IMG/VR virus record: IMGVR_UViG_3300045988_101454
Location: 36,916-100,915 of that record
Length of the DNA: 64,000 nt
Reading direction: 5' to 3' (one strand)
Source of the DNA: a virus
In this document: one piece after another, positions 22,944 through 33,066 of the stretch
Layout: each line of letters starts with the position of its first letter
Position numbering within the stretch: position 1 is the stretch's first letter
The notes under the pieces: model-generated
Told to the model about the DNA's origin: nothing
Seen by the model: the letters and a program-made list of their open reading frames with translations, nothing else
The model's database searches: none
Program-made: the position numbers and the translations under genes

Positions 22944-25900
22944 TTTGTTCTTCATAAACTGATTAGCCCTTGTCATGCTGTCATAGAGCTTGCCACGTCC
23001 ATACATATCAATCTTTGCCTCGATAGGTTGCTCCAGGCGTTGCAAGAGCGTGTTTACGGCTTGCAGGAGCGCAATATTTGTGTTGGCTTGTGCAATAGTC
23101 AGTTCATCGCTTACAGAAGCTCCTGTAGATACTGTGGGGCTTGTTTCGGCTATATTGCCAGCGTCGTAGGCGCGACGGCCTGAATAGTTGCGATCGTAAT
23201 TTACAAGAGCCTTCAACAGTTGCGGATTGTTCATCATCATTGCCTGGGTTGTCTCTCGACCGATTACCAACTCGGGACCATTTTCGGCTACCAGGGACGG
23301 ATGACCGTTGATGGTGGTGGCGGTTGGATGCGTAAGGAGCGACACGCCGTTGTGCGGCTTGTTATCCTCGGTTGCCCAATAGAGACTACCATCGTTACCG
23401 ACGAACGGACGGAGGTCTTGCACGTTGCCGGAATCGTAGGTAAGCATACCGGAAACAACCTTAGTATTCTTACCCTTGGCTGTCTCGTTTTTAGACTTGT
23501 CGCTGCCACCAACCTTGCTGATAGCAAAGTTGAGTAATCCCATGAGGATTGCCATCATTGCGCTGTAAGCGATTGGACCGGCAATAGGTCCGAGAGTACT
23601 GACACACCAACCAAATATACCCGCAGAACGAAGAGCTGCCATTACCTTTTGGTGAGCAACCTCAAGCTGTTCCTCTGTCTGGTTATTTACCGTCTTTGCC
23701 ATAAGCAAAGCCGCTCCAGTGGCAGCCTCCCCTTCTACCTTTGCTGTACCGAACGCCTGCTGCATGAGAAGCAACTGCGTATAGTGAGCCGTGGTCTGCG
23801 CACGGTCTATCTGCTGCTGACTTATCATCTGCAAGGTGTTAGTGGCAAACGATTTTATCATCTGCTTTAAGGCTGTCTTCAATGCCTTGCGTCCTTCCGC
23901 TGCGTTCTCGGTCATAGTGGCAAAAGCATCGCCCACCGACTCGCCAAAGGTTTGCAACGGTCCCATGAAAGTAAGAAGAGAATTGTACTGCTCAAACATA
24001 TCTCCCGTGAGCTTCTTGGCATAGTTAGCCTGTTCCGCCATTATTGACTTTCGGGCATCAGCAAGTTGCTGCTCGGTGGCGTTGTGCTCTTCGAGGAACG
24101 TATAATACTGCCGAGCAAACTCCATGCGAGCCTTCATAAGTTCAAGCTCAGGGTCGGAAGCTGACACCGACTCCATACCCATACGCTGACCGGCATTGCG
24201 ATAACTGACATTAATGGAAGACTCCTGTTCCATTCCTGGTAGTTTACTTTGGTAATCTTTATAGAAATCAGTCTTAGACCAACCGTAATCATTCAGCTTC
24301 TTGCGCTCGTCATCGCCCTTTTTGTTTGCCGACTCGTATTCGTCGTTGTATTGAATGAGTTTCAGAAAGAAGGCTTGCCATTCGGCTGCACTTGAGCCGA
24401 GAGTTTCGGAGATACGTTTGCCCATTCCGTCAGGATCTTCACCAAAGAGCGTTTTCATAAGTAGTCCCCTACCCTCTTCGGTAGATACGTCGGCGGCAAA
24501 TATCTGAGAAATCTCCTCACGAGCCCTCTCAAACATGGCAATGATTTTTGTCTTGCGCGTATCAAAAGCCGCCTTATCTTTAACCTCAGCATCAGTAGGA
24601 TTGGCATAGCCGAGAGTATTAAAGGTATCGTATGCGCTTTGCTTCACCACACCCGTGTAATCATGCTCTTGCATCGCCTTGCGACGAGCCTCCTGCTGTT
24701 GTGTTTCGAGTTTTAGATTAGCTTGTGCGTTCTTGGTGGCCTTGGCAAATACCTCGGCGAGAATGGAGTTAAGAGAACGGTTGAGATTACTGCCCAATTC
24801 GTTCAGTTTCTTACGCAAAGCGTCTATATTGTTAGACGTAATACCTTTGAGCAATCCTTCAGAAAGATTTACACCGGTCTCGTCGGTTTGCTCGATAAGG
24901 TCGTCCTTCATGGTGAGCTTGAACTGCTCCCATGTGTTAGTCTGTCCTGCGATAGCAAGGCGAACCTGCTCAAGAGCCTCGTTCATGCGTCGCTTTACTG
25001 GCTCCACAAACAAGTCTTGCTCGGTTTTATCCATACCCAAGCCGATGGCCTCCTGCATCTTGGCGTTTATCTGACGCTCATAGAAGTTGCGTACGTTATC
25101 CATGATAGCGTTCGCGTCGTCCTGCTTCTGCTTCAGTTCCTCACGCCAAGCACGCTCTAGGGCGCGCCTGTCTCGCTTTTCCTGTGCGATAGCGTCGTTG
25201 TCGGGAACATCGTTTTCAAGCGTGCCAGGTGTTTCTTCGGGGTACGGGGTGTAGCCTTCAGGAAACCACTTACGGTAATTGTCTTCAATATCCTTTTCTT
25301 TCTTCCTTCTTCTACCCGTAGAATTGGCATACCAACGAGCAGCGAACAACAAGTCTCGGAGCTTGTACTGCATCTGACTATCATCAGAATTAATACCCGC
25401 CTTTCCTCCGTCATAAGTATCTCTATAAATAAAGCCACCTTTACTAAGTTTCCAATTAAAGCCGTCTATCAAGCCCGACTTGTTCTTAGGCATCTTTTTA
25501 ACCAAATTCCAAAAAACAGCGTTACCGTTAGCACCCTTACTCACCCATCGGTCTATATCAGTGAAAGAAACCCCGAGTTTGTCAATGCCCAATTTTTGAA
25601 TCTGAGCCAACAAAGCGTTTGCAGCAGAATCCCTATCCGCATCGAGTTTCGGCAGAGCTTGTTGCTTCGCTTTCTCCATCATACGATAATAAGTAGCCCT
25701 CTGGGCCTCTTGCGCCAACTCTGAATAGTGGTCGCGCAAATCCTTTACACTCTTAATTTCAATGCCGAGGTTTGAGATATACGAGCGGAAATCCTTGTTG
25801 AATCGCGATATGAGACCTTGACGTTCCTTTTGCGAAAGGTTCGTCTCATTCATCATCCGCTTGTAGTTCTCGAGTTTCTTGTTAAGAGTTGCTGTCTCTA

Positions 25901-28517
25901 CAGCAGCCTGACCAAGAGTAGATTTCCATGCGTTTGCCTGACGTTCTGCTTCTTTTTGAGCTTTTGCCGCTTCTTTTGTCTGCTGTGCATAACCATACAC
26001 AACTCCAGCAACAGCAACTATAACGCTTGCAAGAGCCACCCAAGGATTCACCTTCATTACAGAGTTAAGTCCCGTTTGAGCTGCGGTGGCTGTGCGCGTG
26101 GCCGTAACATACGCATACAGTTGGCTTACAGCCGAGCCAATGGCTGCTCCGAAATTCTTAATAAGAATCAATCCGGAATATATACCCTGTGAAGCCATAT
26201 AGCCAATGATGACTGGCAGAAGGGTCGCTACGGCTTTCAATGCCATAAGAACCATCTGAAGAGAAACAAGCAATGTGCCTTTCAGCAACGGACTGTTTGT
26301 CATCGTTGCCGACATCTCATACCACCATTCCGCCATACTCTTTACAGCATCCACACCGTCGGGATTTACAAACGCCTTCTCCCAAAGATTGTTGGCTCTT
26401 TCGAGAATACCTATGGCCGACTGTTGCTGCATCGAGTATTCATTACCTACGGCAGTGGCTTCACGGAAAGCCTCTTCCGACTCGTAGAGATGATCCTTCA
26501 GCATATCCACGTTCTTCGACATGGTAACCATAGCGGTAACGAGTCGCTGACCGTCTGAACCGAGGTCTTTAAAAATGCCACCCAAGGCGTTCATGTTGCC
26601 CTTGTCGCGCATTTTTTCGAGCACAAGCACAATAGCATCCATAGCGTGACCCGACGCATAGAGATTCTTGATTGTCTCGTCGGGTATGCCGAGTTCCTTT
26701 GCAATAAGGTTGTGGTTTTTCTGCAAAGCTACGATAAACTTACCCATAGCGGTAGAGGCCACCTCCGGCATAAGCATCATCGAAGAACTTGCAGAACCGA
26801 GGGCAAGCAACTGGTCGGTGGTGATACCCGCGGTACGAGCAACACCCGTCAGCCGCTTTGAAAATTCTACAATGTCGTTGGAAGTTGAAGTGCTCGTAGA
26901 AGACAACTTAAACAGGGCAGAACCCGTAGCCTCCATTGCCTTGTCGATACCCATCTTCGGGATAAGACCCATCACCTCCACCATCTTAGAGAGTGCCGGC
27001 AACGCTTCCTCGCCCATTTCCTCACCAATGGCAACATTTATCTTGTCGGCTGCTTTTACGAACTGAGCCATACCCTCAACGCCGTACTTACCCATGCCGA
27101 GCTTCGCACCCTGGTACGCGAGTTGTGCCAGCCCATCCACAGATGTTCTGGTGTCAATTTTAGCCAACTCGGTAGAGAGTTGTTTTACCTGATCCATCGT
27201 CAAGCCAGAAACCTTACGGATGTCGGTCAACGAACCTGAATACTCCAAGTTCTTCTTGATGGCACCCGTCACAAGGTCTTTTATCTGATTGAATACGGAA
27301 AACAATCCTACATAAGCCGTAAGATTTTTCAACGCCGTATGCCATGCTCCGCCCTGCTTGTTTGCCGCACCCGTCACTTCGTCGATGTTCTTCTTCAGCT
27401 CCTCCATCGACTTCTGCTTGTCGGCAAACTCCTTGCTCTTGGTGTTGATTTGGTTCAGTTCCTCTTCAAGCTGTTTGTAGGCACGGCGCAGTTCGTCGAG
27501 AGAGGCTTTACCCTTCTTGCTACGGGCGAGAATGTCGTTGAGAGCACTCTGCGACATACGGGTGCCCTTGAGGGTCTGTTCGAGCATGGAGTATTGGCGA
27601 CGGAGGTCGGCCACAAACTTGCTACCAGCAGGGAGTTGCTGTATCTTCTGCTGTATCACTTCCATCGTGCGCTTGATGTCTTCGCCCGAAGCCTTGTTGG
27701 GCTCTGCCAACACCTGCTTCATCTGCTTCCAGCTCATTGATGTTTTCTGAACCTTACCCGACACAGCCTCCAGTCGCTTTTCTATCTCCTGGAGCTCTTT
27801 GTTGTATTGCGCAATGTCGCCAGTATTTGCTGTAGGAGTATTGTCACGAGCCTCAGTAAGCGTGGTCTTAGCGCGTCGCAGGTCGGAAGCCGAAGCATTA
27901 CCATTGCTCACAGCCTGACGTGCCTCAGTTACGCTCATCTTGCCCTTACGTCTGTCCTCCTCGGCTTCAAGCTGCTTCAATGTGGCAAGGTTCTGCTGAT
28001 ACGACGCATCCGACTTTTGCAGCGAACCAACAAGGTCACGCTGTTGCTTAATGGCCTTATCGAGCCACTGATCGGATTGGTTCTTTACATTCTTCAAGCC
28101 ATCGGCTATATTAACATACTGACCCTCGATAAGGCGCATTTGGTCGCCCACCTGCTTCATCTCGCTTCGTATCTGCTCTGCCCTCTTCAGGTCGGCATCC
28201 GAGCCGGTAAGACCTGCGAGAGCCGACTTACCCGAACCCATAGCACGGCGAAGATCACGCAGTTTAGTATTGGCAAGGTCTTGCACCACCTCGCCCAATC
28301 GCTTCGTGTCCTCGATATTGTCACGCTGTACTTGCGAGAGAGCCTTTAGCGTGCGTTCTGCTTGCTTACACTCAGCCGTATTAGCCTGACCTGCAGCAGT
28401 CATTTTCTGAATGTCGGCAGTATATTTCTGCACAAGAGCGTCAATCTCTTCCAATACCTTTTTGGCTGTAGAGGCATTGGCCGTGATTACCACTTTTGCT
28501 AATCTTTGTGTTGCCAT
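22941..28517 (-). CDS. tail tape-measure-like protein (1858 aa)
   Basis: Very long, mostly coiled-coil ORF with central hydrophobic/TM-like blocks (..LLVSLQMVLMALKAVATLLPVIIGYMA..). Size and composition are typical of tape-measure proteins; ends in TAG. Confidence 0.6.
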   Translation of the reverse strand: MATQRLAKVVITANASTAKKVLEEIDALVQKYTADIQKMTAAGQANTAECKQAERTLKALSQVQRDNIEDTKRLGEVVQDLANTKLRDLRRAMGSGKSALAGLTGSDADLKRAEQIRSEMKQVGDQMRLIEGQYVNIADGLKNVKNQSDQWLDKAIKQQRDLVGSLQKSDASYQQNLATLKQLEAEEDRRKGKMSVTEARQAVSNGNASASDLRRAKTTLTEARDNTPTANTGDIAQYNKELQEIEKRLEAVSGKVQKTSMSWKQMKQVLAEPNKASGEDIKRTMEVIQQKIQQLPAGSKFVADLRRQYSMLEQTLKGTRMSQSALNDILARSKKGKASLDELRRAYKQLEEELNQINTKSKEFADKQKSMEELKKNIDEVTGAANKQGGAWHTALKNLTAYVGLFSVFNQIKDLVTGAIKKNLEYSGSLTDIRKVSGLTMDQVKQLSTELAKIDTRTSVDGLAQLAYQGAKLGMGKYGVEGMAQFVKAADKINVAIGEEMGEEALPALSKMVEVMGLIPKMGIDKAMEATGSALFKLSSTSTSTSNDIVEFSKRLTGVARTAGITTDQLLALGSASSSMMLMPEVASTAMGKFIVALQKNHNLIAKELGIPDETIKNLYASGHAMDAIVLVLEKMRDKGNMNALGGIFKDLGSDGQRLVTAMVTMSKNVDMLKDHLYESEEAFREATAVGNEYSMQQQSAIGILERANNLWEKAFVNPDGVDAVKSMAEWWYEMSATMTNSPLLKGTLLVSLQMVLMALKAVATLLPVIIGYMASQGIYSGLILIKNFGAAIGSAVSQLYAYVTATRTATAAQTGLNSVMKVNPWVALASVIVAVAGVVYGYAQQTKEAAKAQKEAERQANAWKSTLGQAAVETATLNKKLENYKRMMNETNLSQKERQGLISRFNKDFRSYISNLGIEIKSVKDLRDHYSELAQEAQRATYYRMMEKAKQQALPKLDADRDSAANALLAQIQKLGIDKLGVSFTDIDRWVSKGANGNAVFWNLVKKMPKNKSGLIDGFNWKLSKGGFIYRDTYDGGKAGINSDDSQMQYKLRDLLFAARWYANSTGRRRKKEKDIEDNYRKWFPEGYTPYPEETPGTLENDVPDNDAIAQEKRDRRALERAWREELKQKQDDANAIMDNVRNFYERQINAKMQEAIGLGMDKTEQDLFVEPVKRRMNEALEQVRLAIAGQTNTWEQFKLTMKDDLIEQTDETGVNLSEGLLKGITSNNIDALRKKLNELGSNLNRSLNSILAEVFAKATKNAQANLKLETQQQEARRKAMQEHDYTGVVKQSAYDTFNTLGYANPTDAEVKDKAAFDTRKTKIIAMFERAREEISQIFAADVSTEEGRGLLMKTLFGEDPDGMGKRISETLGSSAAEWQAFFLKLIQYNDEYESANKKGDDERKKLNDYGWSKTDFYKDYQSKLPGMEQESSINVSYRNAGQRMGMESVSASDPELELMKARMEFARQYYTFLEEHNATEQQLADARKSIMAEQANYAKKLTGDMFEQYNSLLTFMGPLQTFGESVGDAFATMTENAAEGRKALKTALKQMIKSFATNTLQMISQQQIDRAQTTAHYTQLLLMQQAFGTAKVEGEAATGAALLMAKTVNNQTEEQLEVAHQKVMAALRSAGIFGWCVSTLGPIAGPIAYSAMMAILMGLLNFAISKVGGSDKSKNETAKGKNTKVVSGMLTYDSGNVQDLRPFVGNDGSLYWATEDNKPHNGVSLLTHPTATTINGHPSLVAENGPELVIGRETTQAMMMNNPQLLKALVNYDRNYSGRRAYDAGNIAETSPTVSTGASVSDELTIAQANTNIALLQAVNTLLQRLEQPIEAKIDMYGRGKLYDSMTRANQFMKNK

Positions 28518-28537
28518 TGTTTTCTGTTTTTGTGTTG

Positions 28538-29065
28538 TTAGAGAGTGATATGGATGTCAGAATCCTCAAAAGCCTTAATTATCTGTGCTTCGCCCTGGTA
28601 GCCGTAGAAGTCAACGAGATAGTTTTGCATACGCGATTGCAGGTGTCGAAGCTCCATCATAATGGCAGGACGCTGTGACCGACCCGCTCCATAGCGTTTC
28701 CAGGAACGGACATAGCGGCGAGAGTAGTTGGCCTTTCGTGCGCTATCCACATCGTTGTACTTAGTACCGAGACCTACACCCATATCCACAAAGCGCATAT
28801 AGTCGTTGTAGGTAAACTCGTAGGTCCAGCCTTCCGGAGTGTCGTTCACTATCCTGCCTTGGAAAGAGTTTACGCCCACTCCCTCGGCGTGCCATTGTCC
28901 GCGTGCTCCACGGGCATCGTTTATAGCCCGAAAGCCGCTGTAAATCTCCTTCGGGAAGATGCACTGCGTCTCGGTGTTTATCTTGAGCTGACGCAATACG
29001 TCGCCAAGATACCATCGTGCGGTGTCCTTGAAATCAAAGGCCGGGGCTTGTATTGGTTTTGGCAT
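28538..29065 (-). CDS. hypothetical protein (possible tail assembly chaperone by position)
   Basis: 175-aa ORF immediately upstream of the tape-measure gene. Confidence 0.35.
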   Translation of the reverse strand: MPKPIQAPAFDFKDTARWYLGDVLRQLKINTETQCIFPKEIYSGFRAINDARGARGQWHAEGVGVNSFQGRIVNDTPEGWTYEFTYNDYMRFVDMGVGLGTKYNDVDSARKANYSRRYVRSWKRYGAGRSQRPAIMMELRHLQSRMQNYLVDFYGYQGEAQIIKAFEDSDIHITL

Positions 29066-29071
29066 GATGTT

Positions 29072-29674
29072 TTACTTTTTTTTATCATCCGAGTTTTCAT
29101 CTTTCGGCACAATATACTTGCCGTTGCTGCCACACGCGAAGTTGTATAGCGGTTGCAGGCTCTTCCAGTCCATACCCACGACGAGCCATTGTCCGGCATA
29201 GATGTCGCCCACCATGCCGAAGGAGATGGAGCTGGTGTCGATGCTTTGCAGCTCTGCCATCACCACGGCATCATCGGCAAAACTGCGCTTTGTGACGGGA
29301 CAGCGGCCTGTGCGCTTCACCTCAAGAAGCCACGACACGAGGTCTTTACAATAGTCCTTCAGACTTTCGGCTGTCTGTTCCATCTTGCGACCGTCGTAAC
29401 GGCCAAGGGTCTGCGGTGTGTCTTTTACTTTAGCGAGAAACCACACCTGCTGAGAGACAGATGCCTTCTTTGCGTCAACGAGTTCACCAGTGGTAATGAT
29501 GCTGTATAGCATACACGGCGAGTGAACGATGTTGGCATTTCGGGAAAAGATGTTCTCAAGGTCGATGTAGCGGATGCGGAAGAAACTCTGGTCTTCGAGG
29601 CGTTCGCTTTCGGGGTTGTGAGAAAGGGGCTCGTAGATAGAAGCCCAATGCTCAAGAATATTGCTTATTGTCAT
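29072..29674 (-). CDS. hypothetical protein (tail-module position)
   Basis: 200-aa ORF, second gene upstream of the tape-measure gene. Confidence 0.35.
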   Translation of the reverse strand: MTISNILEHWASIYEPLSHNPESERLEDQSFFRIRYIDLENIFSRNANIVHSPCMLYSIITTGELVDAKKASVSQQVWFLAKVKDTPQTLGRYDGRKMEQTAESLKDYCKDLVSWLLEVKRTGRCPVTKRSFADDAVVMAELQSIDTSSISFGMVGDIYAGQWLVVGMDWKSLQPLYNFACGSNGKYIVPKDENSDDKKK

Positions 29675-29764
29675 AATGCTGCTAAATTTTGATTTTACAT
29701 CGGGAGAAAGGGCTAAGCCTCACTGGACCTCACTGAGCCTTTCTAAGCCTTTGGGAGGGAAGCC

Positions 29765-30292
29765 TTACTGCTCTTTCGCTGTCTCCGCTGTTTCCTCCGC
29801 TTCCTCCTTATCCTTCATCAGCTCCTTCAGCTTTACGTTGAAGTGTCGCTCGGTCTTATCTGCCACAATCTTTTGCAGCACTCTTGCCCATGCCGCTCCG
29901 TTGCAGGTGCTCTCATTTTCGAGTATGCTGACGAACTGCACCAGGCAGTACATGGCGGTGAGTTGGTTGGCGAGGTGGGTGTTCATGTAGCCGAGAATGT
30001 TGCGGTCAATATACGAGGCAAGGCAGATGCACATGATTAAGACCGAGAACGTCCACACCATCTTTGCCATCTTCTTGGAGCGCAGCTTACCGTCCATCTT
30101 ACACTTCGGGTTACGCTTTATCTCCTCGCGGTATTTTTGATAGATGCGTCGGTTGCATCGCCATGCCGTATAGCAGTCGATGATGAGGGCGAAGAAGCAT
30201 ACGGTGATAAAATTGATTGAGGGTTCGATGTGAACCCACAGCAAGCCGAGCACTGCGGCAATGGCTCGCGAGACATAGAATGGATTGTTCAT
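29765..30292 (-). CDS. holin (phage holin_4 / toxin-secretion holin family-like)
   Basis: TM segments plus ..ALIIDCYTAW.., ..ASYIDR.., ..QFVSILENES.. blocks typical of this holin family. Confidence 0.6.
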   Translation of the reverse strand: MNNPFYVSRAIAAVLGLLWVHIEPSINFITVCFFALIIDCYTAWRCNRRIYQKYREEIKRNPKCKMDGKLRSKKMAKMVWTFSVLIMCICLASYIDRNILGYMNTHLANQLTAMYCLVQFVSILENESTCNGAAWARVLQKIVADKTERHFNVKLKELMKDKEEAEETAETAKEQ

Positions 30293-30424
30293 GTTTTTGT
30301 GTTGTGTTTTGTGTTGTTGTTGTCCTAAATTTTATGCAACAAATTTACTGATAAACTGCTACGCACAGCGGACATGGTGGGGTACGGGGAGATTGAGCAT
30401 GTCCGTATGGGGAAGAAAGTTTAT

Positions 30425-30432
30425 CGTAACTT
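30425..30432 (+). promoter_or_regulatory. -7 box TAACTTTG for the plus-strand operon
   Basis: TAnnTTTG 23 nt upstream of ATG 30456, in the divergent region. An 8-bp inverted repeat CGGACATG/CATGTCCG lies at 30370-30405. Confidence 0.35.
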
Positions 30433-30455
30433 TGGCTACATAAAAACACAAAACT

Positions 30456-31262
30456 ATGTCAGGAATTACGCAAAACACATTGGCCCGCATCGACAAGTGG
30501 CTCTCTTACGGCACGAGTATGCAGACGGCGTTCCCCAAGCTGGATCAACGCTACCGTATGCAGATATGCTCAGAGTTTTATAAACGATGGGTGCAAAACA
30601 AGGACATCGACCCTCGGACGGTGTGCCGCAATATTGCCCGACGCGACTATGAGATGTTCTTCAACCAGGCAGCGCAGGGCAACAAGGAGGCGCAGGAGTA
30701 TGTGCTTGCGCTGAAGATTACACTCGACGACGAGGGTAATATCTGTCCGCGTACCGTTACGGAGCTCAACAACGACGTGTTGGTGTGCAACCACCTGATA
30801 CGTTTCTTCCAGACCGACGAGAGTCCACGCCACAAGGCTATGTATCTGAGCAGTGCCGAGTGGTTGATACGCACGGGTAAGCAGCAGAACAACGATCGTG
30901 CAGTGGATAAGGGTATGCAAGCCTTAGCTAATGTGTATGGCAACTTCCAGGAGGAGAAAGACGCTACGGACGAGATGCCGGATATGAGTCGCATTGCCAT
31001 CACGCAGGATGTGAGCATCGTCAAACGCGACCGCATCAACTACACCGAGGAGGAGAAGCTGCGCATGGCCCGCAAGTATGGTCTTACTACCAAGGACCTG
31101 CAGGAGATAGAGGACGACGAACTGTTGAATGGGGAGAAGCCAGAAGAGCCGGACTACTTCGAGTATATGGAAAAGAAGGACGAGGAGGATGTGATTAGAC
31201 ACGGGTACATGAAAGAAAGCAAATTAACAAATAATTCCGAGCCAACGGATGATACGGAATGA
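30456..31262 (+). CDS. hypothetical protein; possible small terminase subunit by position
   Basis: First gene of the plus-strand block that ends with the large terminase; acidic C-terminus; no motif recognised. Confidence 0.3.
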   Translation: MSGITQNTLARIDKWLSYGTSMQTAFPKLDQRYRMQICSEFYKRWVQNKDIDPRTVCRNIARRDYEMFFNQAAQGNKEAQEYVLALKITLDDEGNICPRTVTELNNDVLVCNHLIRFFQTDESPRHKAMYLSSAEWLIRTGKQQNNDRAVDKGMQALANVYGNFQEEKDATDEMPDMSRIAITQDVSIVKRDRINYTEEEKLRMARKYGLTTKDLQEIEDDELLNGEKPEEPDYFEYMEKKDEEDVIRHGYMKESKLTNNSEPTDDTE

Positions 31263-31283
31263 ACGGAAACATAAGGAATAGAG

Positions 31284-31847
31284 ATGAAAATAGGACTCAT
31301 AGACGTGGACGGACGACACGGCAAAAAGAAATGGGGAGCTACGATATACCCTAACGTGGCTCTCGGCAAGATTGCCCGTTGGCACACGATACGGGGCGAT
31401 GAAGTGGAATGGGCTCAATCTACCGACCTTTTCGACAGGCATCATTACGACATACTGTATGCCAGTAAGGTCTTTAACTTTTCGCCCGACATCGACTTTC
31501 GGCAGTTCTCCTACGACCGGTTGGAGAAGGGTGGCACTGGCTACGACATCTATAAGCGTCTGCCCGACGAGATAGACAAACTCCAGCCTCTCTACGCAAT
31601 GTACCCTTGGCTACCGAAAAATCAAGCCGTAGGCAAACTTACCGAGGGGTGCCCTAACAAATGCTTCTGGTGTGTCGTTCCGAAAAAGGAGGGACGCATA
31701 CGTCCTTACATGGATATAGAAGAAATTGCCATCGAGGGGCGCACGCATGTTGTGCTGATGGACAACAACATTCTTGCGGCGGGTGACTATGCAAAGGAAC
31801 AGCTCAAAAAGATAATCGACCTTGGTCTGCATATAGACTTCAATTAG
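31284..31847 (+). CDS. radical SAM protein, N-terminal part (ends at in-frame TAG)
   Basis: GCPNKCFWCVVPKKEG is a CxxxCxxC cluster motif; TAG at 31845-31847 is in frame with 31851-32303. Confidence 0.7.
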   Translation: MKIGLIDVDGRHGKKKWGATIYPNVALGKIARWHTIRGDEVEWAQSTDLFDRHHYDILYASKVFNFSPDIDFRQFSYDRLEKGGTGYDIYKRLPDEIDKLQPLYAMYPWLPKNQAVGKLTEGCPNKCFWCVVPKKEGRIRPYMDIEEIAIEGRTHVVLMDNNILAAGDYAKEQLKKIIDLGLHIDFN

Positions 31848-31850
31848 GCG

Positions 31851-32303
31851 ATGGACGCACGGCTTGTCACTCCGGAATATGCCGAACTGTTAGGCAAGGT
31901 GAAATGGATAGACTCCCGCATCCGCTTTGGTTGCGACACCACAGCACAGATAGCAGAGTGTGAGCGAGCCATGCAACTTATCAATGCAGCAGGATTCCGG
32001 GGCGAATACTTTCTCTATACCATGATAGGCGGCAAGAACGACGTCCGAGAATGTTACCACCGTCTGCACTACTGGTGGGAGCGACTGCAACGCTTTCGTA
32101 TGAGCCATGAAGGCAGAGCCGTGTACGCCTACGCACAACCATACCGTGACCCTACAAATCCCAATCACGCAATCCCCGAATGGCAGAAGGATATGGCCCG
32201 ATGGTGCAACAAGCGAATGATATTCTGCACCACCGACTTCAAGGACTTCATGCCAAGAAAGGGTTTCAAGTGTGAGTGGTATTTGAAGGAGTACGGAATA
32301 TAA
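31851..32303 (+). CDS. radical SAM protein, C-terminal continuation
   Basis: Same frame as 31284-31847, separated by TAG-GCG; ..HIDFN[TAG]AMDARLVTPEYAELLGKVKWIDSRIRFGCD.. Confidence 0.6.
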   Translation: MDARLVTPEYAELLGKVKWIDSRIRFGCDTTAQIAECERAMQLINAAGFRGEYFLYTMIGGKNDVRECYHRLHYWWERLQRFRMSHEGRAVYAYAQPYRDPTNPNHAIPEWQKDMARWCNKRMIFCTTDFKDFMPRKGFKCEWYLKEYGI

Positions 32304-32376
32304 GGTGATAGGTATAACCTTAGCGAAGTAATAGGCATAACATAAACTTCATAAACAAAAGCAATATACAAACGAT

Positions 32377-33066
32377 ATGATAACAGAGAATTTACAGAAA
32401 AAGATTGATCGTGCCATCCGTCTGCTTCAAGGCATACAGAAGTTATACGATGGCGAGATAGAGATAGCCTATTCGGGCGGTAAGGACTCCGACGTGATCC
32501 TTCAACTGGCGAAAGAGTCCGGCATCAAGTATCGAGCCATATACAAGAATACGACCATCGACTCGCCAGGCACGTTGGGGCACGTCAGGGAAATGGGAGT
32601 GGAGATACTGCGGGCAAGATTCCCTTTTTTTCATCTCGTGGCGCAGAAAGGATTTCCATCTCGCTATAGTCGTTTCTGTTGTGAAAAACTGAAGGAATAT
32701 AAGGTGCTCAACAAAAGCATTATCGGCGTGCGCAAGGCTGAGAGCTGGAAACGAAACGAAAGATACAACGAGCCAACAAAGTGCCGATACTACGGAGCGA
32801 AGAAAGAGGAAAATCACGTAGAACAGATTTATCCTATTCTGGAATGGACCGATGAGGACGTGCGCAACTTCATCATAGACAGAAAGTTGAAACTCGCACC
32901 CATTTATTACAATTCGGGGGGGGCAAATCGACGTGTCGAAACGTCTCGGCTGCATGTGCTGCCCTCTCGCCTCAAGGCGCAAGCGCATTATCGAGTTTCA
33001 GAAATATCCCAAGATAGCAAAGGCTTATCTCCGTGCGGGGCAACGATTTATGGAAACGCATCCTGA
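32377..33066 (+). CDS. PAPS-reductase-family (PP-loop) protein, N-terminal part; frame breaks at a G8 run
   Basis: AYSGGKDSDV PP-loop. After G8 (32916-32923) the sequence turns non-protein-like, and the real continuation is in the next frame. Confidence 0.8.
   Translation: MITENLQKKIDRAIRLLQGIQKLYDGEIEIAYSGGKDSDVILQLAKESGIKYRAIYKNTTIDSPGTLGHVREMGVEILRARFPFFHLVAQKGFPSRYSRFCCEKLKEYKVLNKSIIGVRKAESWKRNERYNEPTKCRYYGAKKEENHVEQIYPILEWTDEDVRNFIIDRKLKLAPIYYNSGGANRRVETSRLHVLPSRLKAQAHYRVSEISQDSKGLSPCGATIYGNAS

Noticed and set aside
28538-29674. Programmed -1 frameshift between the two genes upstream of the tape-measure gene (the G/GT chaperone paradigm)
   Set aside because: The two ORFs are separated by 6 nt, do not overlap, and show no slippery heptamer near the junction.
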